Positions 20,658 to 28,883 of a DNA stretch of 62,846 bases are shown piece by piece. The notes under the pieces were generated by a model. It did no database searches and was not told where the DNA came from. It was given only the letters and a program-made list of their open reading frames with translations. The first letter of the stretch is position 1; each line of letters opens with the position of its first letter. Made by a program: the position numbers and the translations under genes. This DNA comes from Candidatus Latescibacterota bacterium (GTDB lineage Bacteria; Latescibacterota; 4484-107): positions 1 to 62,846 of the forward strand of contig JAZDJA010000164.1 in assembly GCA_043804415.1 (NCBI GenBank), given 5' to 3'.

Positions 20658-21251
20658 ATGAAAGTTCGCAGTGCTGAGTTTGTGACAAGTGCCGTGCATC
20701 CGTCCCAATTCCCGACAGATGAGAGCGTCGAGATCGCTTTTTCGGGGCGCTCCAATGTGGGCAAGTCATCGCTGATTAATACGCTGGTAAACCGGAAAGG
20801 ATTGGCAAAGACGAGTTCCACCCCGGGGAAGACCCGTCAGATCAACTATTTTGCCATCAACGAGGGATTTTACCTGGTGGATCTTCCGGGATACGGCTAT
20901 GCGAAGGCGCCCAAGGAGGACCGCGTGAATTGGGGCCGGATGATGGAGCCGTATCTGAGAGGCCGGGAGCAGCTTCACGGAATCATCCAGTTGATTGACG
21001 CCCGGCACGATCCCACGGCAAGTGACCTTCAGATGGTGGCTTGGTTTTCGGCCTATGTCAAGCCGTTTCTGATTGTGCTGACCAAGAGCGACAAACTGTC
21101 AGCCAAACAATTGTCCGAGCAGGTCGGGAGGACCCGGCAGATCCTCTCCCAGTGGGGCGATCTTCTCATCATTCCCTTTTCGGCGAAGCGAGGAGAGGGA
21201 AAGGAGGCGGTTTGGAAGTGGATCGAAGGACAACTTGGGGAGCAGGGATGA
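20658..21251 (+). CDS. engB: ribosome biogenesis GTP-binding protein YihA/YsxC (EngB)
   Basis: 197 aa. G1 GRSNVGKSSLIN, G3 DLPGYG, G4 TKSDK. Confidence 0.9.
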   Translation: MKVRSAEFVTSAVHPSQFPTDESVEIAFSGRSNVGKSSLINTLVNRKGLAKTSSTPGKTRQINYFAINEGFYLVDLPGYGYAKAPKEDRVNWGRMMEPYLRGREQLHGIIQLIDARHDPTASDLQMVAWFSAYVKPFLIVLTKSDKLSAKQLSEQVGRTRQILSQWGDLLIIPFSAKRGEGKEAVWKWIEGQLGEQG

Positions 21252-21390
21252 GCCAGGGGAATGGGGGAGGGGCGAGTGGAATGAAATCGTCCGCTTTCCT
21301 GCCTTTGCCCTTTGTTGGAATGCGGGTTGGTGAAAAATGCCGATTGAGGATTGCTCGTTCCTCGTAAATTTGTGGTCACGTGGAGGGATC

Positions 21391-22518
21391 ATGAAAAGAC
21401 GATTATTTACACCGGGGCCGACAACGGTTCCGGATCAGTTGCGATTGAAGATGGCCGAACCGATCATCCATCACCGTTCCCAGGAGTTCGGGCGGATGTT
21501 CGCATCGGTTAACGAGGGCTTAAAGTATCTGTTTCAGACGGAAAATGACGTGCTGACCCTGACCTCCTCCGGCACAGGAGCCATGGAGGCGGCCGTGGTG
21601 AATCTTCTTTGTGCCGGGGATCGTGCACTCGTAGTGCGGGGCGGGAAATTCGGCGAGCGTTGGGGCGAACTCTGCGAGACCTACGGGGTTCACGTGACCG
21701 CCATAGACGTGCCGTGGGGACAGGCTGTCCCGCCTGAGACCATCTCGGAACATCTGAAGGCCGATCCCACGATCAAGGCCGTTTTTGCCACGCAGAGCGA
21801 GACCTCCACCGGCGCACTCAACGACATCGAAGCCATCGGCCGAGTTGTCCGGGAAACGGAGGCCTTGCTGGTGGTGGATGCCATCACCGGCATTGGCGCG
21901 CACCCGATGCTTCCGGACGCGTGGGGTGTGGATGTGGTGGTTACGGGTTCCCAGAAGGGACTGATGCTGCCTCCTGGGCTGGCTTTTATCGCCCTGAATG
22001 AGCGGGCGTGGGCAGCGGTCAAACGTTCCGATCTTCCGAAATACTATCTGGATTTGACCAAGGCGAAGAAATCGTTGTCGAAAAATCAGAATCCCTATAC
22101 TCCTGCTGTATCGATCATTGTCGGATTGAAAGCGGCTTTGGACATGATTTCCGAAGAAGGCATTGAAAATGTATGGGCCCGTCACGCGAGAAATGCCGAG
22201 GCCACCCGAGCGGCCGTGCGAGCGATGGGGCTGGGGATCTTCGCCAAGAACCCATCCAACGTGCTGACCATCGTGCAGCTCCCAGACCAGATAGACGGCA
22301 AGCAGTTGGTGAAGGTCCTGGACGGCTATGGGTTGACTGTGGCCGGCGGCCAGGAGCAGCTCTCCGGGAGGGTCATTCGCATCTCTCACCTTGGATACAC
22401 AGACGATTTTGACTCCCTGTCCGTTATTGCTGGTTTGGAGCGCGCGCTCCGCGACATGGGCTGGGACTTGGAGCCGGGCGTGGGACTGAGTGCAGCGCAG
22501 GCTGTGCTTGCGGGATAG
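21391..22518 (+). CDS. class V pyridoxal-phosphate aminotransferase (serine-pyruvate / alanine-glyoxylate aminotransferase family)
   Basis: 375 aa from ATG 21391 (GGAGGGA RBS). LFTPGPTTVP start typical of the family, and PLP-lysine context GSQKGLMLPPG. Confidence 0.85.
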   Translation: MKRRLFTPGPTTVPDQLRLKMAEPIIHHRSQEFGRMFASVNEGLKYLFQTENDVLTLTSSGTGAMEAAVVNLLCAGDRALVVRGGKFGERWGELCETYGVHVTAIDVPWGQAVPPETISEHLKADPTIKAVFATQSETSTGALNDIEAIGRVVRETEALLVVDAITGIGAHPMLPDAWGVDVVVTGSQKGLMLPPGLAFIALNERAWAAVKRSDLPKYYLDLTKAKKSLSKNQNPYTPAVSIIVGLKAALDMISEEGIENVWARHARNAEATRAAVRAMGLGIFAKNPSNVLTIVQLPDQIDGKQLVKVLDGYGLTVAGGQEQLSGRVIRISHLGYTDDFDSLSVIAGLERALRDMGWDLEPGVGLSAAQAVLAG

Positions 22519-22664
22519 AAATGCTGGACCGCAGAGACACAGCGGCCGCGGAGAATGGCTAAACAAATAGGCACAAAGGCAAAAAGGCACAAAGAAAATC
22601 GAAGCGGTTTTCGCAGATTAGGGCACAGGTTCCGATAGATGGGATTTCCTCTCAAGGTGACGCC

Positions 22665-22835
22665 ATGAAAGCAGAATACGATCTCTCCAGGATGAAATCC
22701 CGGCGCAACCCCTACGCGAAGTTGTTCAAAAAGCAGATAGCGATCTATGTGGACATTGAAACGAATGAATTACTTGAAAATTGGGAGCTTGCGGAGCAAC
22801 ACGAAGCATTGAAGAAGATTTCACCATTGGAGTAA
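22665..22835 (+). CDS. 56-aa protein with a BrnA/CopG-antitoxin-like N-terminus, the first gene of a two-gene cassette with the DUF2442 gene
   Basis: Below the ORF-track cutoff, so I translated it myself: MKAEYDLSRMKSRRNPYAKLFKKQIAIYVDIETNELLENWELAEQHEALKKISPLE. AAGG RBS 7 nt upstream. The stop is 1 nt before the next ATG. Confidence 0.5.
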   Translation: MKAEYDLSRMKSRRNPYAKLFKKQIAIYVDIETNELLENWELAEQHEALKKISPLE

Positions 22836-22836
22836 A

Positions 22837-23088
22837 ATGATGCTGGAAGTAACCAAAGCAAGATACGAAAAAGAGTATAGAATCCGGATTGAATTCAATG
22901 ATGGTAAGTCCGGTGTAGTGGATTTGAAAGACGACTTATGGGGGTCGGTATTTGAACCTCTTAAAGACCAAAATGAATTCAAGCGATTTACCGTCTCTGA
23001 GATCCTCCATACGATCTCCTGGGAAAATGATGCCGACTTTGCACCGGAATATTTGTATCATAAGTGCCTGACAGAATGCCCCACTTGA
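22837..23088 (+). CDS. DUF2442 domain protein (small TA-associated family)
   Basis: 83 aa. YRIRIEFNDGKSGVVDLKDDLWGSVFEPLKD...ISWENDADFAPEYLY matches the DUF2442 pattern. Confidence 0.75.
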   Translation: MMLEVTKARYEKEYRIRIEFNDGKSGVVDLKDDLWGSVFEPLKDQNEFKRFTVSEILHTISWENDADFAPEYLYHKCLTECPT

Positions 23089-23134
23089 CTGCTGTTTCGA
23101 GTGAGGGATACGATGGAATAACTGGAGATTCACC

Positions 23135-23395
23135 ATGTCCAAAACAGCAACCGTCAGAGCCGGTATCGAACCGGGTTTGAAGGAGGAAGCGGAACGCGTG
23201 TTTCACGGACTTGGATTATCCACAACCCAAGCCATTGCGTTGTTCTATCGCCAGGTCAAGCTGCGTAACCGCTTGCCCTTCGATGTGGCCATTCCGAATG
23301 AGACCACTCGCAAGACCTTCGGGGATACAGACGCCGGGCGTAATCTTATGGTCTGTGAGGATACAAAGGACATGTTTGAGAAATTGGGGATCTGA
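23135..23395 (+). CDS. RelB/DinJ-family antitoxin
   Basis: 86 aa. TVRAGIEPGLKEEAERVFHGLGLSTTQAIALFYRQV is the DinJ ribbon-helix-helix signature. Confidence 0.8.
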   Translation: MSKTATVRAGIEPGLKEEAERVFHGLGLSTTQAIALFYRQVKLRNRLPFDVAIPNETTRKTFGDTDAGRNLMVCEDTKDMFEKLGI

Positions 23396-23436
23396 TGGTT
23401 ACCCCGGTCTATACAAAGCAGTTCTCGACAAGCTAA
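23395..23436 (+). pseudogene. 13-codon remnant of the cognate YafQ-type toxin gene
   Basis: An ATG overlapping the dinJ stop (TGATG) reads MVTPVYTKQFSTS-stop. The ..YTKQF.. start resembles YafQ-family N-termini, and a full toxin (~90 aa) is absent. Confidence 0.35.
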
Positions 23437-23475
23437 GGTTGAGCGAACGTTGCGACCACAAGAGGAGGCTCTATT

Positions 23476-23676
23476 ATGCAAGCAATTCAGGAAATTGAAT
23501 CAGCCGTTTCTCAGCTATCCATGAATGATCTCGCTGGTTTTAGAGAGTGGTTTGACAAATTCGATGCAGAAGTATGGGATAAACAATTTGAAAATGATGT
23601 GAAGTCAGGGAAGCTGGATCATCTTGCTAACCAAGCTATTGCAGATTTTCGGGCTGGTAGGTGCAAAGAGTTATGA
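23476..23676 (+). CDS. small antitoxin-like protein paired with the downstream RelE/ParE-type toxin
   Basis: 66 aa. LSMNDLAGFREWFDKFDAEVWDKQFENDVKSGKLDHLANQAIADFRAGRCKEL. GAGGAGG RBS. There is a 4-nt ATGA overlap with the next gene. Confidence 0.7.
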   Translation: MQAIQEIESAVSQLSMNDLAGFREWFDKFDAEVWDKQFENDVKSGKLDHLANQAIADFRAGRCKEL

Positions 23677-23927
23677 GACATTTTACCACTCCTTCATTTT
23701 GGGAATGTTATAGGAGCCTACTCCCTTCCATTCAGGAATTAGCAGATAAGAATTTTGAACTTCTGAAAGCAGACCCGAAACATCCGTCCTTGCACCTAAA
23801 GAAGGTGCGGAAGTATTGGTCCGCAAGGGTAGGAAGAAAATATCGTACTTTAGCAGTAAGGATTGAAGAGGGGTTGCTCTGGTTCTGGATCGGAACCCAT
23901 GCCGAATACGATGAATGGGTGCGGTAA
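23673..23927 (+). CDS. RelE/ParE-superfamily toxin
   Basis: 84 aa from ATG 23673. FWECYRSLLPSIQELADKNFELLKADPKHPSLHLKKV..YWSARVGRKYRTLAV...LWFWIGTHAEYDEWV is typical of this toxin family. Confidence 0.75.
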   Translation: MRHFTTPSFWECYRSLLPSIQELADKNFELLKADPKHPSLHLKKVRKYWSARVGRKYRTLAVRIEEGLLWFWIGTHAEYDEWVR

Positions 23928-23931
23928 CAGT

Positions 23932-23978
23932 CACGGTCCGGCCACTGTGAGCGCCGGTTGTTGTCCCTCTGCAGAGCC
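23932..23978 (+). repeat. degenerate partial copy (47 nt, 40/47 identical, ungapped) of the core of the cobalamin riboswitch at 26152-26198
   Basis: Left copy: cacggtccggccactgtgagcgccggttgttgtccctctgcagagcc. Right copy: cacggtcccgccactgtgagcgacggttgtaccccgtctgcaaagcc. The left copy lacks the 5' half of the aptamer and has lost the gacgg/ccgtc pairing. Confidence 0.8.
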
Positions 23979-24063
23979 AAAAAAAAGCCGAAGCGCCCTT
24001 TTTTAGACGTGCGTAGTGAGTCGCATCCGATCCAAAAATATCGGAGATGCCTTCAAAAAACTA

Positions 24064-24092
24064 TTGACAAGCATGCGCTCAACACGTATATT
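24064..24092 (+). promoter_or_regulatory. consensus sigma70 promoter (TTGACA-17 nt-TATATT) driving the DUF262-HEPN cassette
   Basis: ttgaca agcatgcgctcaacacg tatatt read directly, followed by a ~240-270-nt AT-rich leader. Confidence 0.6.
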
Positions 24093-24331
24093 TTCCCCTC
24101 GTGAAAAGTGCCTGCTGAAAGGCTAATATCCTGCAACTCGCCGCAAAAGAAAAACCAAGGTTGCTGCACAATTTTCTGATTAGATTAGATATTACGATCT
24201 TTTTTGAAGAGTTCTATGCGTCAACCAGCCTATTATGAAACGAGGCTCCTGGTCGTAATAATACATTAAACAGAAAGATAGGTAGCGGAGCAGCTTGTGA
24301 TATATTGCAGTGCGCAGTATAAGCTAAGGTT

Positions 24332-25468
24332 ATGCAAAAAAAACAAACTGAGGGAATATTAATGAATGAATATTTAGAGGAACTCCATCACGAAATTGAA
24401 CAGGAACAAAACATAGAAGATGAGTCCGATGGAGAGGAAGTATCTCCCTCTCGTTATGACATTACAAGCTATGGTATTGATTTTGATGTGGAGGGTGTTG
24501 TCAGGAGAGTTCAGAAAGGAGATATTTATATTCCTGATTTTCAGAGAAAGTTCGTGTGGAAAATGACAGAATCATCAAGATTCATTGAGTCACTTCTGCT
24601 AGGCCTTCCTGTGCCTGGAATATTTTTAGCTCAAGATCCAGAATCTGGGAAAATGCTTGTCATTGATGGACAACAGAGATTGCTAACTTTAAAATTTTTC
24701 TTCGACGGGTATTTCAATCCTAAGGAAGATGCAGCTATCAAAAGAGTTTTTAAGCTGTCCAAAGTTCAAGAACCATACATAGACAAAACATACGAAACCC
24801 TAAACGGTAAGGATCGAACAAATCTTGGAAATTGCGTTATCCATTCCACTGTTGTCAAACAAGATAGTCCTGCGGATGATGACACCAGTATCTATCATAT
24901 ATTTGAAAGGTTAAATAGTGGGGGCAAAAAACTAGCCGCACAAGAAATACGAATAGCAGTATATCATGGCCATTTTCTCGAATTGCTGAAAACAATGAAT
25001 TCCAATCCTGCTTGGAGAAGAATTTTTGGGCCAGAAAATGACAGGATGAGAGATCAAGAACTAATACTAAGATTTCTTGCAATGCTTGAAGGTTCTCAAA
25101 ACTACAAAAAGCCGATGGTCGACTTTTTGAATAAATTCTTAAGAAGAAACAGAAATCCAGGTACTGATGAACTCAAGCGATATCATGATATTTTTGTAGA
25201 TACAATAAATGCCTTCCATGAAGCACTTGGCCATAAGATTTTCAGACCTGCGAGGGCTTTGAATGTCGCATTTTTCGAAGCGTCGATGGTAGGGTTGGCA
25301 AGAAGAATTGCCAGTAATGTGGAGATCGAACAAGCAAAAATAAAAGAAGCATATGACAGATTGAATGATAATCTCAAATTTAAGGAGTTGATATCACAAT
25401 CGACAACAGACATCAGTAATGTTTCTGAACGATTAGAGATTGCCACAACAATTTTCATGGAGGTGTAG
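24332..25468 (+). CDS. DUF262 (ParB-like NTPase/nuclease superfamily) protein lacking a DUF1524/HNH nuclease half
   Basis: 378 aa. Motifs: IPDFQRKFVW, VIDGQQRLLTL, IFERLNSGGKKL. The alternative start ATG 24362 has a GAGGGA RBS. Sampled 60-nt lines are 32-35% GC. Confidence 0.85.
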   Translation: MQKKQTEGILMNEYLEELHHEIEQEQNIEDESDGEEVSPSRYDITSYGIDFDVEGVVRRVQKGDIYIPDFQRKFVWKMTESSRFIESLLLGLPVPGIFLAQDPESGKMLVIDGQQRLLTLKFFFDGYFNPKEDAAIKRVFKLSKVQEPYIDKTYETLNGKDRTNLGNCVIHSTVVKQDSPADDDTSIYHIFERLNSGGKKLAAQEIRIAVYHGHFLELLKTMNSNPAWRRIFGPENDRMRDQELILRFLAMLEGSQNYKKPMVDFLNKFLRRNRNPGTDELKRYHDIFVDTINAFHEALGHKIFRPARALNVAFFEASMVGLARRIASNVEIEQAKIKEAYDRLNDNLKFKELISQSTTDISNVSERLEIATTIFMEV

Positions 25469-25474
25469 CACGCC

Positions 25475-25951
25475 ATGAAAATTGTTGAATTGAATCGGCA
25501 GGCTCAATCCATAAAAAGACTCATAAAATCTACGGCTGAATCAACCAATTTTAATCTGGAGTTGCAGGGGCATTGGGGAAAGTATCTTTGCGTTCTCGCA
25601 TCAGGTTTTCTAGAAAACGCTATAAGTGAAATATACATCGAACTTGCAAGTAATTCGTCATCACCTCAAGTGACATCATTTACGAGGAGAATGCTGGACA
25701 GAATCCATAATCCAATGGCATCAAAATTCATTGAGACTGCATGTTCTTTCAAGCGAGAATGGGGCGCAGAACTAAAAGAGTATTTTGAACTTAATCCAAA
25801 AGCAAAAGAGGCCATCGATTCCATCATGAGGAATAGGCATCTAATAGCACATGGAAAAACAGCAACTGTTTCTGTGGCTAGATTGGCTGAGTATCTTGAT
25901 GGTAGCATCGAAGCTCTGGAGTTTATTGAAAATCAATGCGGTATAGCATAG
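25475..25951 (+). CDS. small HEPN-superfamily protein (RiboL-PSP / MAE_28990-like type), predicted RNase
   Basis: 158 aa. It starts 6 nt after the DUF262 stop, with a GGAGGTG RBS inside the end of the upstream gene. C-terminal IMRNRHLIAHG is an Rx4-6H motif. Confidence 0.65.
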   Translation: MKIVELNRQAQSIKRLIKSTAESTNFNLELQGHWGKYLCVLASGFLENAISEIYIELASNSSSPQVTSFTRRMLDRIHNPMASKFIETACSFKREWGAELKEYFELNPKAKEAIDSIMRNRHLIAHGKTATVSVARLAEYLDGSIEALEFIENQCGIA

Positions 25952-26097
25952 CAGTCGGCTCAAGTCGGACTGCAATTCGGCTACGCTACATTGCAAGCGC
26001 TGGCCGCGGCGTTGGAGTACTGGCATAGTTACTAAATCATCTCATAAACCAAGTGGAAACAGCTTTCCACCTGAATTAAACTCTACATCGAACATAC

Positions 26098-26350
26098 CTA
26101 TGGAATAGGGTGCCCCGCAAGGGGAGAATAGGGAAGTCGGTGCAAATCCGACACGGTCCCGCCACTGTGAGCGACGGTTGTACCCCGTCTGCAAAGCCAC
26201 TGTCCCGAATGGGATGGGAAGGCGCAGACGGACAGTCGCAAGTCAGGAGACCTGCCCCGTTCCAGTTCCCGAAGAGAAGCCTTCGAGGTCAAGGCTGGCG
26301 GACGCTGCATCGATTCCCCAGCCTGTCTTTTGGAAGGTTGGGGTTTTTTT
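26098..26350 (+). promoter_or_regulatory. cobalamin (B12) riboswitch with terminator-type expression platform
   Basis: ggtgccccgcaaggggagaatagggaagtcggtgcaaatccgacacggtcccgccactgtgagcg ... agtcaggagacctgcc (B12 box). It lies upstream of a TonB-dependent receptor. Confidence 0.9.
26316..26350 (+). terminator. intrinsic terminator of the riboswitch expression platform
   Basis: ccccagcct-gtcttttgga-aggttgggg followed by T7. Confidence 0.7.
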
Positions 26351-26489
26351 GTGCTCAAAGAATTGCACTGCAGAGAGAAACGCAGGTGGACGTAAGGAAG
26401 AAAGACCGCTTGATTCCTGCCTTTCTTTACCTTTACCCATACATGCTCTTGCTGTCCGCGCACGCTGATGCAAGCCAAAAAGAGGACTG

Positions 26490-28721
26490 ATGCGAGCTGG
26501 AATGATAGTGGGATTCCTGATACTATGGGCAGCACCCCTCTGGGCCATCCAGACGGGCCGGATCGTGGGCCGGGTGACGGATGCGGATACCGGAGAATCC
26601 TTAGCTGGCGCGGTGGTACTGCTTCCGGGCACGAACTTGGGAGCCATAGCGGACACGTCGGGGTATTTTCGGATGGAGGGCGTGCCAGCCGGTATGGTAC
26701 AGGTCGAAGCACGGATGGTGGGATATGCGCCTTCGGCGCGGGTGAACCTCCGAGTTGAAGCCGGGAAGGTGGTGGCGTTTTCCCTTTCGCTGGTGCCGAT
26801 CCGGTACAAGATGAAGGAGGTTTCGGTGATCGCGGAGCGGTTGCCTTTCGCTCTGGCCGAGCGTTCTCCGGTATCCCTTCGGGTGATCCGGGCGGCGGAG
26901 TTCGAGCATAGGGTTACATCCGTGTCTGAGCTTTTGTCAGAGGCTGGGGGCGTGCAGATCAAAACATCTGGCGGATTGGGCAGCTACAGCACGGTTTCCA
27001 TACGGGGCAGTTCATCGGAACAGGTGAACGTGTATCTCGATGGGGTGCTATTGAACAGCACGTTGGGTGGTGGTGTCGACGTGGGGAATATTCCGCTCTC
27101 CCACGTGGAGCGGGTCGAGGTCTATAAAGGGGCAACACCTGTGGAACTAGGCGGAGAAGCCATCGGAGGGGCGATCAATATCGTGACCCAGTCTCCTGAT
27201 CGTCGGCGCGTCGGAATTGGCGCGTTCGGCGGTACGTTCGGCACCGCGAAGGCGAACTGGATACTCTCGGAGAAAAAGGAGAAGTTGGGGCTACTCTTTG
27301 CGATGGATTACGTCCGAAGCGACAATAATTTCCGATTTTTAGATGACAACGGAACACGGTATAATCAAGAAGACGACACGTGGATGCAACGCCGAAACAA
27401 CGATTTTCAGGGATTTAATGCCATTGGCAAGATCGACTATGCGCTGCGGCCATCTGCCACGCTGATTTTGAACAACAACTTCTATTGCTCAGACAAGGGG
27501 ATTCCCGGCATTGGCAGCTTCCAGTCCAAATCCGCCCGCTTTCGGACGCTTCGGAATTTGACGGAGGGGTCGCTCATCCTCAGACAGGTATTCGAAAGGA
27601 TGACGTTTCGGCTGAAGGGCGTATCCAGCTATTATGCTGGCGACTACCGTGATCTAGAGAACGAGGTGGGACTGGGACGGCAGGACAATCACAACGTCAC
27701 GCGTACGGTCGGAGGCGAATTGCACATCCAGACACTGCTCTGGAATCATCAGATTTTATCGGGCGTTCTTCGCGGAAGCACTGAGGGCTTCAAGCCTACA
27801 GATCGCATGCAGAATACGTTCCTGTTGGACAACAAAAGGGCGAGTTTCTCGGCGGCTCTGGAGGATGAAATTTTACTCTGGGGGGATCGGCTGAGCATCG
27901 TGCCGTCTGGGCAGTGGGACGTGCTTTTCAGTGAATTTATTGGGGATGGACACTGGATCGAGGGGCCGGCACGGAAGCAACGGCATGCCATGTTCAGCCG
28001 TAGGTTGGGCGTGCGGTTTAAGGCGGCTTCTTGGATGGTACTCAAGGCGAACGTGGCGAAATCCTATCGTGCGCCCTCGTTTTATGAATTGTTTGGGGAC
28101 AAGGGATCGGTTATCGGGAATACGAACTTGACGCCGGAGGAGGGGCTTAACCGGGACGTGGGATGCCGTGTAAGCGGGAAACAAGGATCCTCGGACGCTT
28201 TTTTGGAGGTTAGTTATTACGACAATCGCCTGAGGGACGCGATCCAGTTTATCCAGCATTCCCAAAATGTCTCGAGACCCGAGAACATCGGACGGGCGCA
28301 GATTCGAGGGTTGGAGTGCGCAGCCGGGGCAAATTTCTTCCACCATCTCATGGTGGGGGGTAACCTGACGCGGCAGGACGCGCAAAATATGACCGAACTG
28401 TATGGCGGCATCTATCTCGATAAATGGTTTCCGAATAAGCCCCGATATGAGGGCAGCGGACGGATAGAGGTGTCTGACGAACGCTGGGGGAAGCTGTTTT
28501 ACGAAGTCAGCGCAACCGGCAAAAATTATCACGATCTCTACAATAAATTCCCCGTGCCAAAGCGGGTGCTGCACAATGTGGGGATTACCGTCTTCGGCGC
28601 ACGGAGCAGCTTTCATATTACGGTGGAGGGCAAGAATCTGACGGATAATCAGGTCGCGGATCTGTGGGGATATCCGCTTCCCGGACGGGCGTATCATATG
28701 GGTGTTCGGGGGAGCCTCTAA
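26490..28721 (+). CDS. TonB-dependent outer-membrane receptor with N-terminal carboxypeptidase-regulatory-like domain, a B12-regulated BtuB-like candidate
   Basis: 743 aa. Signal peptide, GRVTDADTGESLAGAVV (CarbopepD_reg-like), plug region, and a long beta-barrel. It follows the riboswitch directly. Confidence 0.88.
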   Translation: MRAGMIVGFLILWAAPLWAIQTGRIVGRVTDADTGESLAGAVVLLPGTNLGAIADTSGYFRMEGVPAGMVQVEARMVGYAPSARVNLRVEAGKVVAFSLSLVPIRYKMKEVSVIAERLPFALAERSPVSLRVIRAAEFEHRVTSVSELLSEAGGVQIKTSGGLGSYSTVSIRGSSSEQVNVYLDGVLLNSTLGGGVDVGNIPLSHVERVEVYKGATPVELGGEAIGGAINIVTQSPDRRRVGIGAFGGTFGTAKANWILSEKKEKLGLLFAMDYVRSDNNFRFLDDNGTRYNQEDDTWMQRRNNDFQGFNAIGKIDYALRPSATLILNNNFYCSDKGIPGIGSFQSKSARFRTLRNLTEGSLILRQVFERMTFRLKGVSSYYAGDYRDLENEVGLGRQDNHNVTRTVGGELHIQTLLWNHQILSGVLRGSTEGFKPTDRMQNTFLLDNKRASFSAALEDEILLWGDRLSIVPSGQWDVLFSEFIGDGHWIEGPARKQRHAMFSRRLGVRFKAASWMVLKANVAKSYRAPSFYELFGDKGSVIGNTNLTPEEGLNRDVGCRVSGKQGSSDAFLEVSYYDNRLRDAIQFIQHSQNVSRPENIGRAQIRGLECAAGANFFHHLMVGGNLTRQDAQNMTELYGGIYLDKWFPNKPRYEGSGRIEVSDERWGKLFYEVSATGKNYHDLYNKFPVPKRVLHNVGITVFGARSSFHITVEGKNLTDNQVADLWGYPLPGRAYHMGVRGSL

Positions 28722-28883
28722 ACTCGATAAATCCGAAATGGAAAGGAGAGTCGGAATGATGGAACAATGAACAAGGAACAATGCCGCCCACCCTCGGTTG
28801 GATGGTGTATTTTTTATTGCTATTTGCGGTTAGGTTCTGATGTAGGAAGTAGATGAGATCTTTGGAGAAAGGAGCAGGAAATT

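Noticed and set aside
22561-22630. Repeated GGCACAAAG / GGCACAGG words at the left edge of the island, as possible att or terminal repeats.
   Set aside because: I could find no matching copy at the right edge of the island (26000-26100). The words are too short to support an att-site claim.
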